Origin: Octopus sinensis
Taxonomy: Eukaryota
DNA: 64,000 nucleotides
Assembly (NCBI RefSeq): GCF_006345805.1
Contig: NC_043000.1
Location: 89,838,001-89,902,000 of the forward strand
Direction: 5' to 3'
The notes under the pieces were generated by a model. It worked only from the letters and a program-made list of their open reading frames with translations, did not search any database and had not been told where the DNA came from. A program made the translations under genes and the position numbers. Below are positions 12,462-25,479 of this stretch, piece after piece (within the stretch, counting starts at the first letter, position 1; every line of letters starts with the position of its first letter).

Positions 12462-15090
12462 CAACAATAGAAAGAATCCACCGGTATGAGAAACGCCAAC
12501 GCTTCTTGAACAAAATAAACAGCTCAATTCCAACCCCAAAAGATTCTATCAAGAACTTGGCAAAAATAAAATAGAGATCAATGCAGCACCAACAGCAGAG
12601 CAAATGGAAGGATTTTGGAAAGATATATGGTCGGCGAAAGAACAACCTCAGAAAATATCTATCAAAACAACGAACGCAGCACCTGAACAACTCTGGACCC
12701 CTATAATAAGTGAAGAAGTCACACAAGCACTGCAAAACCTAAGCAACTGGAAGGCACGCTTGCACTACAAGATCCTCAACTTCTGGTTAAAATATCCAAC
12801 ATGAACACATAAAAAGCTGGCTGAGAAATTTAATGAAATACTAGCAGAGCCAGAGATAATAACTGAATGGCTCATGGAAGGGAAAACAATCCCAAATCCA
12901 CTAAAACGGCAAACCCACAAAATTACAGGCCGATAATTTGTTTCCCTACAATTTGCAAGGCTTTTACTGCAATAATATCGCAGAGAATGGACAAACATCT
13001 GGAAGAAAACAACCTATTTCTAGAAGAGCAGAGGGGATGCTGCAAGGGCTCATACGGCTGTAAAGATCAGCTACTGATCAATAAAGCCATAACTGAAGAC
13101 AGCCGCAGAAAGAAGAAGGGTCTAAGTATGGCCTGGATCGACTAATGAAAGGCTTTTGATAGTATTCCTCACACATGGATCCTAGAAACACTAGCCATGA
13201 ACAAGGTAGCACCAGTAATCATAAAATATATAAAACATTCATGAATAAATGGCAGACGGTGCTACATCTCCGGACAAAAGAGGGACTCATAAAAAACAAA
13301 GCCATCCCCATTAGAAGAGGTATATTCCAGGGAGACACGCACTCTCCACTCCTTTTCTGCTTGGCACTGACACTCTTATCTGACATACTAAACAGAACTG
13401 GATGTGGATACAACTGTTACAGCAAAACAATCAGCCACTTCTTATAAATAGATTACCTAAAACTGTACGTTACAAATGATAAACAGCTAGAAACATTACT
13501 ACGGACAGTACATGGATTAACCAAAGAAATAAATATGAAAATTGGTTTAGAAAAATGTGCCAAAGCAACCTTGAAAAGAAGAAAACTAGTTAAGAGTAGT
13601 AACATAACACTAGATAAAGCAAATGAAATAAGAGAATTGGACCAAAGCTCGACGTACAAATACTTAGGAATCAATGAACTAGATACGATGCAACACACAC
13701 AAATAAAAGAGAAGATAAAAAAGGGATACTAATAGACGAATTAGATTAATACTGAAAATAGATCTCAATGCGAAAAATAAAATTATATGTATCAACACTC
13801 TAGCCGTCCCAGTTATAAGTTACAGCTACAATATCCTTGACTGGACACTAAATGAAGTAATCAAAATAGACAGGAAAACAAGGAAAATAATGACAGGATC
13901 TAGGATGCACCACCCAAAATCATTGAAAGGTTATATATAGAATGTACCGAAGGTGGTAGAGGCCTTATACAGCTAGAAAACTATTACAAAATAACCACCA
14001 TAGAACTACAGAAATATCTACTTCAGGAGCAAGGAAAACTAATGCAAATAGCCACAAAACATGAACAAAACAAAAAAACTGTATTCGGTCTTTAAAGAAG
14101 CTGACGAATACAAAAAAAGAAGTCATAATACCTAACAACCACGAGGAAAAGGAAGAAACAACAAAAGCTGTAAAACAACTGAAATCCAAGCCAAAACTGG
14201 AACAACAACGGTTCATCATAAAACGATGGCAAGAAAAGCCCCTTCGTGGCAAATATTGGGTTAAGCTAAACAGAAAAGAAATAGACAAAGCAAAACCCCA
14301 ACAATGACTGAGAATCTCAGGACTCAAAGCAAAGGCTGAAGGATTTTTAATTGCAGCACAAGACCAAAGCCTCCCCACCAGAAATAATTAAAAACATATT
14401 GTGAAAAGAAACATAATAAGTAACTGCAGACTATGTGGAGATGGACTAGAAGCAAAAAATCATATTGTCTCCGGCTGCCCGGTCCTGTCTAAGATGGAAT
14501 ATATTCACAGACACGACAGAGTTGGGACCTACATACATTGGAAGCTATGCCAACACTATGGAATAACAACAGAAAAAAGATGAGATAAGCACACGCCAGA
14601 AAAGGTCACAGTAATGAGAAAGTGACGATACTATGGTATATGCCAATACACACAGATAGAGAAATTAAGACCAATAGGCCAGATATAGTTGTCAGAGATC
14701 ATCAAGTAAAAACATGCCTTCTAATCAATGTATCGATACCAACAGGTAACAACGTTTCTCTAAAAGAAATGGAGAAACTTTCAAAATACAAATACCTGGA
14801 AATAGAGGTAACTCGAACGTGGTGTCTAAAAACAAACAATTCCTACCATAGTTAGCACATTAGGTATGATAAGAAAAAATTCAGACAAATACATAACAAA
14901 AGCAACATAACTTACAAGTGTATGTAACATACAGAAAATAGCACTACTTGGCACCACACGCATCCTACGTAAAGAACTTTCAATACAGTGAAAATAAGAG
15001 TCCCACAACAAACCGCAGCACATACCCAAGGCACACGGAACTCCACTTGGTAGTGCAGTAAAAGCACGAGAAAAAAATAAGACTACTGAG
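12462..15090 (+). pseudogene. R4/Dong-like RLE non-LTR retrotransposon, 5'-truncated and disrupted
   Basis: NYRPIICFPT, EEQRGCCKGSYGCKDQLLINK, AWID, RGIFQGDTHSPLLFCLAL, CRLC...HIVSGC...RHD (CCHC), RPDIVV...LINVSIP...K (RLE); ends in (TAA)n. Confidence 0.9.
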
Positions 15091-15116
15091 TAATAATAAT
15101 AATAATAATAATAATG

Positions 15117-15172
<56 letters not shown>

Positions 15173-15407
15173 TAATAATAATAATAATCCTTTCTACTAT
15201 AGGCACAAGGCCTGGAATTTGGAGGGAGGGGTTAAGTCGATTACATCGACCTCATTACTCAACTGGTACTTAATTTATCGACTCCCGAGCGGATGATAGG
15301 CAAAGTCGACCTCGGAAGAATTTGAATTATAATAATAATAATAATAATAATATAATAATAATAATAATAATAATAATATAATAATGATGATGATGATGAT
15401 AATTCTG

Positions 15408-15740
15408 AGACCCACTTCGGTCACGACACAGACTAGGGGATTGCACCTGGAAAGTTACGCTCCCAGGCACAAGTCCGGGCAAGGTTGTTTATGGAAGACC
15501 AGCAGTCGCCCATGAATACCGGCCTCCCCTCTCCACGCCACACGTGTTATCCAAGGGAAAGGGAAAGGCTGATACAGCTTGGCACCTGTGACGTTGCAAC
15601 TCATTTCTACAGCTGAGTGAACTGGAGCAACGTGAAATAAAGTGTCTTGCTCAAGAACACAACACGCAGCCCAGTCCGGGATTCGAGCTTACAACCTCAA
15701 GATCATAACCTGACGCTCTAACCACTGAGCCACGCGCCTT
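15408..15740 (-). mobile_element. SINE S4
   Basis: Matches 1443-1770. Confidence 0.85.
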
Positions 15741-15743
15741 CAC

Positions 15744-15804
<61 letters not shown>

Positions 15805-15914
15805 TGAGTTTGGTTTAATGGCCTACCAATATACACTATGAGTTTCTTTGCCCTAGGAGTCGGGAAGACACTCGGCAAGAAATGGAAGAAAATTTGAAAG
15901 AAGAAAAAAAAAAG
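15805..15914 (+). mobile_element. Isolated 110-bp 3' UTR of the R4/Dong family at 22470-24584
   Basis: Nearly identical to the reverse complement of ~22470-22580; (TAA)n on both sides. Confidence 0.9.
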
Positions 15915-15934
15915 TAATAATAATAATAATAATA

Positions 15935-16275
15935 ATAATGCCCTGATGCAGTACCAAGCAGTGGCTCACATGGCTGCTGATCTTAACTGATTGGAAGTGT
16001 TATCATGTACATTGTTTTGTCTAGGTATAAAAGATGGGCAACAGCAAATATTCTGCTCAATACCACAGATTTGCTTGTCAGTTGATTGACCTTAACCAGT
16101 TAAGCATGTCCCTTAGTGATTGACGATATGTGCATCTCTGATCACGAGCAGAAGTAGTGGGGGAGCATCATAGCCGTGTGTTGAAAGGAATTCTTAGAGG
16201 TTTGGATAATTCACCTTTGGAAACATGGGTGGTTCGTTCAACATCCTTAAACAATTCTTATTCAAGGACCTTTTA
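15935..16275. mobile_element. Interspersed repeat S6 (TAA-associated); other copies at 30672-31140 and 33318-33845
   Basis: Three homologous copies starting CCCTGATGCAGTACCA/CCAGGCA, each adjacent to (TAA)n. Confidence 0.8.
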
Positions 16276-16915
16276 AGCAACACATATGGAGTTGCAGTGG
16301 GATGAAAACGTTAATACAGTTGTCATAAATACGTGACGCTGTATACATACTTTCGTAAATACATAGATACATGCATACATATACACACACTGCGCACGCA
16401 CACACACATACACACACTGCAATATTTGGCATATTGAAATAATTTTCCACGTTAAATCCGATTTAATTATTTGTTTGTTCCAGAAAAATTGCAGAAAAGT
16501 TATTGATGTTTAAAGTTTAATCAATTTTACCTAATCAGAAAACAGGATTTGGAAGCTGGCATTTTCTACAGGCATTAATAGCTGTCTATCACAAAATGAA
16601 AGCAAAATCATTGCAGGAGGGAATTTTTATTAGACAAACGAAAGCAAAACATTACGACAACCAAGTGTTGTAAGAACTTCTGAAGTTTTAATAAGTTTTA
16701 ATGAATAAAGTCGTGTGAAACGGCCGAACAGACATGTAAATAATTTTAAAAGGAAAACAAATCTTTAACGAAGATTTATGCGAAAAATTGTACCAATTTG
16801 TCCTGATCAAAAGGCCTGTCTGTCGGGGAAGGCATGGTCTAACATGGAATAAACAAAAAATTACATAAGACATTCTGTTGTTAAAATTGTCCAGCAATGA
16901 CAGACTATTCAGCTA

Positions 16916-17099
<184 letters not shown>

Positions 17100-17212
17100 T
17101 ATATATATATTTATTTATATATTTATATATATATATATACATATATACGTATATATATATTATGTATGTATGTATGTGTGTGTTTGTGTGGGTGTGTGGG
17201 GGGTGTATACAC

Positions 17213-17702
17213 GTGCTTGTTGTTCCTAAACCTGTCTTCGTCTTTCGTTTTTCTGTAAATTTTAACTGTGTGATCCTGTCTGACTGGACTTCCTATTCTC
17301 TTGGACTTGCATCTTAACTACTTCCCAAACTTTCAGTACCTCTCCTCATACACATACCTGCAATCCATCCGGATTACCACTGGATCTTCGTATTCTTTTG
17401 GGCTCTACCTTCACAGATCTCACTGACTATTTTCGTTGATGCAAAATGCTCTGATCTACCACGACTTTTGAACTTTCTGACTTTCTGAACTTTTAAACTC
17501 TTCATCTCGCCGTGTTGGACCGCTGAACTCTACAGAGATTTTCTCTCTCCGTGTTTTTTTCATTCTCTCTTCATTTTTTTTCCTCTTATTCCTTTCTGTC
17601 GAAGAGCGTAAACTCGAAACATAAAAGACTTTTCCATTTTTCCCCGAGCATTAAGCTTGTTGTTCCAACACCTGTCTTCGTCTTTTGTTTTTCTGTAAAT
17701 TT
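17213..17702 (+). mobile_element. Non-autonomous PLE-like element with ~50-bp terminal direct repeat and a degenerate hammerhead (17592-17627)
   Basis: GCTTGTTGTTCC...CCTGTCTTCGTCTTT.GTTTTTCTGTAAATTT at both ends; CTTT-CTGTCGA-A-GAG CGTAAA CTC-GAAA-CATA-AAAG; related fragment at 28920-29040. Confidence 0.55.
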
Positions 17703-17706
17703 GAAC

Positions 17707-17708
<2 letters not shown>

Positions 17709-17805
<97 letters not shown>

Positions 17806-17854
17806 GTATCTAGGTAGGTAGGTAGGTTGGTAGGTAGGTAGGTAGATAGGTAGG

Positions 17855-17950
<96 letters not shown>

Positions 17951-17955
17951 TAAAC
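17709..17955. repeat. (AGAT)n/(AGGT)n/(AGAC)n compound microsatellite
   Basis: Direct reading; similar arrays at 19450-19610, 24835-24920, 25380-25480, 51440-51530. Confidence 0.95.
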
Positions 17956-18538
17956 AGACAGATACATGTATATATGTGTATATATACATATAAGTATATG
18001 TATATATATATATATATACATATATACATATATTTATGTATACATGTACATATAAAAATGTGACTATGTATATGTATATATATATATACATACATACACA
18101 CACGACTTCCAAATCCGCTAACAAGGCTTTTGTTGCTCCGGGCTATAACAGGAGACACTTACCCGAGGTGCCATGCAATAGGGCTGAAGAAGAAAGCGTG
18201 TCATTTATAAGCAAGCCTCTTACCACACAGACATACTTGCGCCTATACATATATATATATATATATATATGTGTATGAATGTTCGTGTGGGTGCGCGCGT
18301 GCGCACACATATATAGAAACGTATATAAATAGATATAGATACAGATCGAGGTGGCTGGATTGACGAGTTAAGACAGGTGAGAATCGTGCTTTTGTTAAGT
18401 GTTGCTTTGCTCGTTCTTTCTGTGTCACTGTATTTAAGTGAACTGACACACATCCGTATATATATATTACGTGCACATATACACACATATAGATACCTAT
18501 ACATATCTACACACAGACACCACACACACACACACAGA

Positions 18539-19434
18539 CGAGATCTGATCAATAGGTATCCGGGCTGTTGCCATAGTAACAATGCCAAAGTACGCAGAGT
18601 GACGCCGCTGGGCAAAGATTGACCTTGAACTCTGCTATGCATGCGCACTAATTTTTAACGTCCTAGCTCACTTCTGCTGTTTACAGCAGTGCTTGGAAGG
18701 AATGTGTGTAGCGTGTGCTCATCGCATTGACCATGACGGAGAAAGTTGTCATGGCAATACCTGCACTGACGCCTACACAAAGTTGCAGAAAGTGTATGGA
18801 AAGGAGAGTATGAACCACGCACAAGTGTAAGAGTGGTTCAGATGTTTCCAAGATGACCGAAAAAATGTCGATATTGAAGAACGTTCTGGGACACCCGCAA
18901 CCAGCAGAACTGAGAAAAACATCGCAGATGTGAGTACATCTGTGAGGGAAATTTGTCGAATCATCATCCGTGAGTTATCAGAGGATGTGCAGATTAGTTA
19001 CGGTTCAGTTCAGTCCACTATCACTGAAGATTTGGGTATAAGAAAACGTGTCTGTCAAGCTTGTGCCAAAACTGCTTTCAGCTGACCAAAAAGAGACTCG
19101 GGTTTCAGATGCACAAGATCTCCTTGATTGTGTCAAGAACGATGAAAACGTTTTGAAAGCCTTGCGTAGGCCTTTAAGTAGGTATCGCCAAGCTTTTGGC
19201 ATAATTTGATGCAGATTTTCTGCTCAATTTTCTCTCTCATGATCAGTGCGATGATCACGTGCTACACACCTTCCTTCCAAGCACTGCCGCAAACAGTGAA
19301 AGTGAGCTAGAACGTTAAAACTTAGTGCACGTGCACAACAGATTTCAAGGTTAATCTGTGCCAATCGGCTTCACTCTGCGTGCTTTAGCTTCGTTACTAT
19401 GACAGCAGTCTGGATACTTATTGATCAGACCAAG
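18539..19434. mobile_element. Non-autonomous mariner derivative with ~200-bp inverted arms
   Basis: CGAGATCTGATCAATAGGTATCCGGGCTG start and inverted end; internal plus-strand HTH-coding remnant (EWFRCFQDDRKNVDIEERSGTP...LVPKLLSADQK). Confidence 0.85.
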
Positions 19435-19467
19435 TATATATATGTATATATATATATATATATCAAT

Positions 19468-19609
<142 letters not shown>

Positions 19610-19644
19610 TTGCCTAATAGTGGTTTTATCTCTAATTCATATTT

Positions 19645-19713
<69 letters not shown>

Positions 19714-20023
19714 GCAGACAGACAAACAGACAGACAGACAGAGTGAGTGAGTGAGAGAGTAAAATCTATTTGCCAACGTATTCCGTTAGGAACGTAGCAG
19801 AGTACAAAATAGAGTTCGTTCACCCTTAGAATTACCAAATAGCCGGTCTCCTGAAGAAATACAATTGGATCCCATTATACAGATAAACCGTTGCATAATT
19901 TAAATCCTGTATATATGAAGATCTATGTTGTATGGAAACATGTGTAATTATTATTAAATAGCTGTCTAACCGTAATCATTCTTGTTGACTCTATCTTATT
20001 CAATTCCATAAATATATATATAT

Positions 20024-20080
<57 letters not shown>

Positions 20081-20256
20081 TAGGGGGCTTCTTTCAGTTT
20101 CTGTTTGCCAAATCCACTCCCAAAACTTTGGCGGCCTGAGGTTATGGAACAAGATACTTGACCGAGGTGTCAAACAGTATGACTAAACCCGGAACATGTG
20201 ACTGAGAAGCAAAGTCCTTACCATAGAGCTGCGCCTATATATATACATATATATAA

Positions 20257-20299
<43 letters not shown>

Positions 20300-20302
<3 letters not shown>

Positions 20303-21290
20303 TGAACATGACGTTTTTTGAGTTATTACTGTTTTGAAATTAACTTTGTCATTTATGCTTTAGAAAATTATAATGGCAGACAGCTTACTCAAGAAATGAA
20401 GTGGCATGCTATAAGTGTCGGGGCTTAACGGCTGAGCACAGCAATTTAGAGACAGCTGAACTTTTAAAAGTCGTCAGATCTTTCATCGACAATGTTCGCA
20501 AGGAGTGAGAAGCTTCAGATAGAAAGATATCACCAGTATTGAAACGCAAGACCATCCCCAACGTTCATCAAAACACCCAGATTTATTCAACATGTTCAGC
20601 AGATCATTGACGGAAATCCCAGAAACTCCGTGAAATCAATTGCCAAAGATCTCCATATATCAGAATAGACAATCAGAAATGTTGTCCACGAAGACATCCT
20701 GTAGAAGTCTTACGTGATGAGGAGCAGTCAATTCATGTAAGAAAAAACAAAGGAAAATTTAATCAGATCTAAAAAGCTATTAAAAACCCAGTACATGGCA
20801 TGTCTTGGTTTTTCTCAGATGAGCAAAACTTTGACCAGGACCAGAAGATTAACAGAAAAAAATGACAAATTGTTATGCTTAGACCTTTCTGAAGTTCTAA
20901 CAGTCATACACACAAAATTTCCGTGAACTGTCGTGGATTTTAGAGTCGTCAGTAACGAAGGACATATAATGCCTTCTCACTTCTTTTCACAAAGCCTTGG
21001 AGTCAACAATATTCAGGTCCTGGAAACAGTTACCAAGCCCTGGATAAATAGAGTTCACAATGGAAGGCCATGCGTTTCAGCAAGTCTTTACGCCATCACA
21101 TGAGTTTCAAGCAACCCAAGAATGGATGGCTGACAATTTTCTTGATCATATAACCCCTAACATTTGGCCTCAAAGCTCACCAGATTTCAGTCCATTGGAC
21201 TATTATGTGTAAAATGTTGTTGAGAGAGGCCAATCAACATCCTCATAACACCAAGGATTCTTTGAAAGCCGCTATAGTCAGAGTAATGTG
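20300..21290 (+). pseudogene. Degenerate maT (DD37D-type) Tc1/mariner transposase
   Basis: WFFSDEQNFDQDQKIN, VVSNEGHIM, DHITPNIWPQSSPDFSPLDYYV, HPHNTKDSLKAAI; many stops and frameshifts. Confidence 0.8.
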
Positions 21291-21857
21291 GAGACGGTCG
21301 GCGTCCGACACTATGACGGTGGCGTCTCCAATGGTGCCAACTGTATGGTGGCTGGGTGAAAGAGGTTGTCTGGTGGACGAGGCTGAAAGGCATGAGTACA
21401 GGTATATTCATCTTTGGTAGACGTCTCATTGACTTCTTCAAGTTTCACTTGGTATGGAAATTGTGGGTGGAAGGGGAAGTGCTGTCTTGGAGTGAGTTTA
21501 TAGAAAGGTGAGTGAAGGTTGCGAAAATGGCAAGAGTGGATGGTAACATGCTAAGTGTAGACCTGAGTCGGAGAAAGTGAACTGGAGAAAACGCTTGCCT
21601 TTGGTGTTCACGGAGATCTTTGACAGTGGGGTTCCACGATTATCCCTAGAAGTCATCTCTATCTCCTCATACATACACACTTCTTTAAAACCTTTGAATA
21701 CTATGTATACACCGTGTATACTTACTCTTTTGTTTTTTTGTCTTTTAGTTACTTATTTTATCATTTCATTATATGTAAACCTCCCACACTTTATGACTGT
21801 TTTCTATTGTCCCCTTTCATCCTTCGCTCTGGCGACAAATAAATGAAATAATAATAA
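21290..21857 (+). pseudogene. 3' end of a Tx1/L1-like LINE ORF2 with 3' UTR and tail
   Basis: KEVVWWTRLKGMSTGIFIFGRRLIDFFKFHL...EFIER*VKVAKMARVDG; ends AATAAATGAAATAATAAT; clade assignment from memory. Confidence 0.55.
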
Positions 21858-21877
21858 TAGTTATTATTATTATTATT

Positions 21878-22330
21878 ATGCGTAGCCGTATTTCGTCTGC
21901 CGTTACGTTGTGAGTTCAAATTCCGCCGAGGTCGACTTTGCCTTTCATCCTTTCGGGGTCGATAAATTAAGTACCAGTTACGCACTAGGGTCGATATAAT
22001 CGACTTAATCCGTTTGTCTGTCCTTGTTTGTCCCCTCTGTGTTTAACCCCTTCTGTGTAGTAAAGAAATAGGTATTTCGTCTGCCGCTACGTTCTGAGTT
22101 CAAATTCCGCCGAGGTTGACTTTGCCTTTCATTCTTTCAGAGTCGATTAAATAAGTACCAGTTACGCACTGGGGTCGATATAATCGACTTAATCCGTTTG
22201 TCTGTCCTTGTTTGTCCTCTCTGTGTTTAGCCCCTTGTGGATAATAAAGAAATAGGTATTTCGTCCGTTGCAACTTTCTGAGTTCAAATTCCGCCGAGGT
22301 CGACTTTACCTTTTATCCTTTTATCGATGT
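21878..22330 (+). repeat. Head-less SINE S2 tandem, 184-bp unit x ~2.4
   Basis: GTATTTCGTC recurs at 21888, 22072 and 22256. Confidence 0.9.
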
Positions 22331-22393
22331 ATTCGACTAGTACCCTCCCACAAAATTTCAGGCCTTGTGCCTTTAGTATGAAGGATTATTATA

Positions 22394-22449
<56 letters not shown>

Positions 22450-22469
22450 TATTATTATTATTATTATTA

Positions 22470-24582
22470 CTTTTTTTTCTTCTTTCAAATTTGCTTCCAT
22501 TTCTTGCCGAGTGTCTTCCCGACTCCTAGGGCAAGAAACTCATAGTATACATTGGTAGGCCATTAAACCAAACTCAATAGTTCGTTCATTTTTTTTTTTT
22601 TAAGTTAAATTAAAATACATGAGCAGCAACAGTTCTCACATCGACAATGCTCTTCTCAATACGTGTGATGTACCAGTTAAGACAATCTTTTGCACTTCTT
22701 GCAGGGATGGTAAGCCAGGGATCATTCTCATATAATTTTCGGTTCCCTTCTTGATCATTCCTAGTGCTCCTACGATCACTGGTATTGTAACCGCCTTGAG
22801 ATGCCACATTTTCTCAATTTCAATGAGTAGGTCTTTATATTTTCTGAGCTTGTCAAACTCTTTCGCTGAGATATTATGATCACAGGGGATGCTCATGTCG
22901 ATCAATAAGCAAACTTTATTGTTTTGGTCTTTCACAACAATATCTGGTTTATTGGCCTTGATGGTTCGGTCTGTATGTACTGGAAAGTCCCACAGAATCG
23001 TTACATTTTCTCCTTCAGCTACAGCCTCAGGGTGGTGATTATACCACTTGTCGGCAGTTTTGATATTGTAATGCCGACTTATTAGCCAGTGTAGATATTG
23101 GCCAACTCTGTCATGTCTTAATTTATACTCCACTGGTGCTAAGACTTTACATCCAGAGATTAGGTGGTCTACTGTTTCAATCATGTCGTTGCAGAATCGG
23201 CATTTTGGGTCTGCTCCATTTTTCATCACATTGGCCTGGTAGTTCCGGGTTAATAGGCTTTGATCTTGAGCAGCCAGGATGAAACCTTCGCTCTCTGCTT
23301 TTAGCCCTGAGCTCCGTAGCCACTGATGGGTTTGCTTCTGGTCAACATCAGCTTGTTTGCTGCGGGTCACATATTTGCCGTGCAGAGGTTTCTCCTCCCA
23401 CCTATCAGCCAATTGCTCGTGCGCTTTTTTCGTTGCCATCATTTTCACCTTCTTTGCAACAATAGTTGCCGTACTTCCCTCGGGTTGTTCACTTTGGGTA
23501 TCCTGCACGAGATCAATAGCAATTTTTTTGCTTTCCTTTATAATAGAATGAAGCTTCTTTCGTCTCTCGTGATTTTCCACGAGCTTTAGCATCCAGTCAT
23601 TCGATATTTCGAGATATTTAGCCAGTCCAATTGTGGTTGTTTTGTAAGCTAGTTCAAATTGGATCAGGCCTCGACCTCCTTGGGCTCTGGGAAGGTAAAG
23701 GCGATCTACGTCTGCCTTTGGGTGGTGCATCCTATTACAACTCAGCAGCTTGCGTATTTTCCTATCTATATTCTTTACTTCACTCATATTCCAGTTCAAC
23801 ACATTGTAGCTATAAGTAACAACTGGAACTGCTAAGGAATTTATAGCTAACACCTTGTTACGTGCATTTAGTTCAGATTTCAGGACTGCACGAACTCTCC
23901 TATAACATTCCTTCCTGATCTTCTCTTTCATGCTTGCATGCTGAATACCAGAGCCTTCATTTATCCCTAAATATTTGTATGTTTGTTCTTGCTCAAGCTC
24001 TCTTATGACTGTGTCAACATCTAACACGACTGAATTTGTGGTCTTCACTTTCCCTTTCTGGAAAGTGGCCTTGGCACACTTCTCAAGTCCAAACTCCATC
24101 CCGATGTCATCGCTGAATGCTTTCACGGTGCGCAATAGGCCTTCAAGTTCATTATTGTCTTTACCATAAAGTTTTAAGTCATCCATATAAAATAGATGGC
24201 TTATTTTTTTATTGGCAATTTTATACCCATACCCTGTTCTGTTTAATTCACTTGTAAGGGGTATTAGGGCTATGCAGAATATTAAAGGTGAAAGTGAGTC
24301 ACCTTGAAAAATTCCACAGTTGATGTTTATATTTTCTGAGGCAAGTACTCCATTAGAGTGGTATAATTGGAGATTCGTATTCCACAACGACATATTGTGC
24401 TTCAGGAAGTTTGAAATCACAGGGAAAATTTTGAAGATGTCCAGCGATCTCAAGATCCATGGATGCGGTATACTGTCGAAGGCCTTTTTATAGTCAATCC
24501 ATGCGGTGCTGAGATTTCTGCGCTTGTTGTGACAGTTCTCAAGGATCATACGATTGATTAGCAGTTGATCTTTGCATCCGTA

Positions 24583-24584
<2 letters not shown>
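22470..24584 (-). mobile_element. Young 5'-truncated R4/Dong-like retrotransposon inserted in (TAA)n
   Basis: (ATT)n arrays on both flanks; open frame from the truncation point to the stop; 3' UTR ~165 bp. Confidence 0.95.
22636..24549 (-). CDS. RT - CCHC zinc knuckle - restriction-like endonuclease polyprotein (C-terminal 637 aa; frame is open upstream to the junction)
   Basis: AWIDYKKAFDS, GIFQGDSLSP, HLFYMDDLKLY, CRFC...HLISGC...RHD, KPDIVV...LLIDMSIP...K..KY; no internal stops. Confidence 0.92.
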   Translation of the reverse strand: MILENCHNKRRNLSTAWIDYKKAFDSIPHPWILRSLDIFKIFPVISNFLKHNMSLWNTNLQLYHSNGVLASENININCGIFQGDSLSPLIFCIALIPLTSELNRTGYGYKIANKKISHLFYMDDLKLYGKDNNELEGLLRTVKAFSDDIGMEFGLEKCAKATFQKGKVKTTNSVVLDVDTVIRELEQEQTYKYLGINEGSGIQHASMKEKIRKECYRRVRAVLKSELNARNKVLAINSLAVPVVTYSYNVLNWNMSEVKNIDRKIRKLLSCNRMHHPKADVDRLYLPRAQGGRGLIQFELAYKTTTIGLAKYLEISNDWMLKLVENHERRKKLHSIIKESKKIAIDLVQDTQSEQPEGSTATIVAKKVKMMATKKAHEQLADRWEEKPLHGKYVTRSKQADVDQKQTHQWLRSSGLKAESEGFILAAQDQSLLTRNYQANVMKNGADPKCRFCNDMIETVDHLISGCKVLAPVEYKLRHDRVGQYLHWLISRHYNIKTADKWYNHHPEAVAEGENVTILWDFPVHTDRTIKANKPDIVVKDQNNKVCLLIDMSIPCDHNISAKEFDKLRKYKDLLIEIEKMWHLKAVTIPVIVGALGMIKKGTENYMRMIPGLPSLQEVQKIVLTGTSHVLRRALSM

Positions 24585-24677
<93 letters not shown>

Positions 24678-25381
24678 GTTTAAATGCTTTTCAGTATTAT
24701 AGAAGTAGACAGATACTTAAATCGGCAGAAGGGAAAGTAGATATCATAGTTAATTAGAAAGACACACAGACAGACAAACAGACAAACAGACAAGCAGACA
24801 AGAAGGCTGGTCGGCAGGTAAGCAGGAGGGTAAATAGGTATGTAGGTAGGTAGGTAGGTAGGTAGGTAGGTAGGTAGGTAGGTAGTCAGGTAGGTAAGCA
24901 GGCAGGTAGGTAGGTAGGTGTGTCTACAAATACATCAATAGATCTCCAGATACATATATAATCAATAGATATGCAAATCGATAGCTTACCTGTAATCAAA
25001 TTCCTTGCTTGTGTTTAATATATTAACGTAATGTTGCCGAATGTTCTGACTTAAACCGTGGAGTCTCCATCAGTTGGGTATTAACACTGCTTCCGCAGCA
25101 AATATGTGTGTGTGTGCGCGCGTGTGTCTGTGTAATCATGGCTTAGTGGTTAGGGTGTTGGGTTCATTGTCGTAAGATTGTAGTTTCGATTCGTGGACCG
25201 AGAAACACGTTGTGTTCTTGAGCAAAACACTTCATTTCTCATTGCTCCAGTCAACTCAGGCGGCAAAAAGGAGTAACACTACAACAGGACCGACGTTCCG
25301 TCCAGGTGGTGAATATATGCGCCACGGAAACCTGGAAACCGGCCCTATGCGTCTATATGACTCGGAAAGGGTATTTATCAT

Positions 25382-25479
<98 letters not shown>

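Noticed and set aside
16560-16700. AKSLQEGIFI as a DNA transposase remnant
   Set aside because: Single short motif with no supporting downstream motifs in any frame I read
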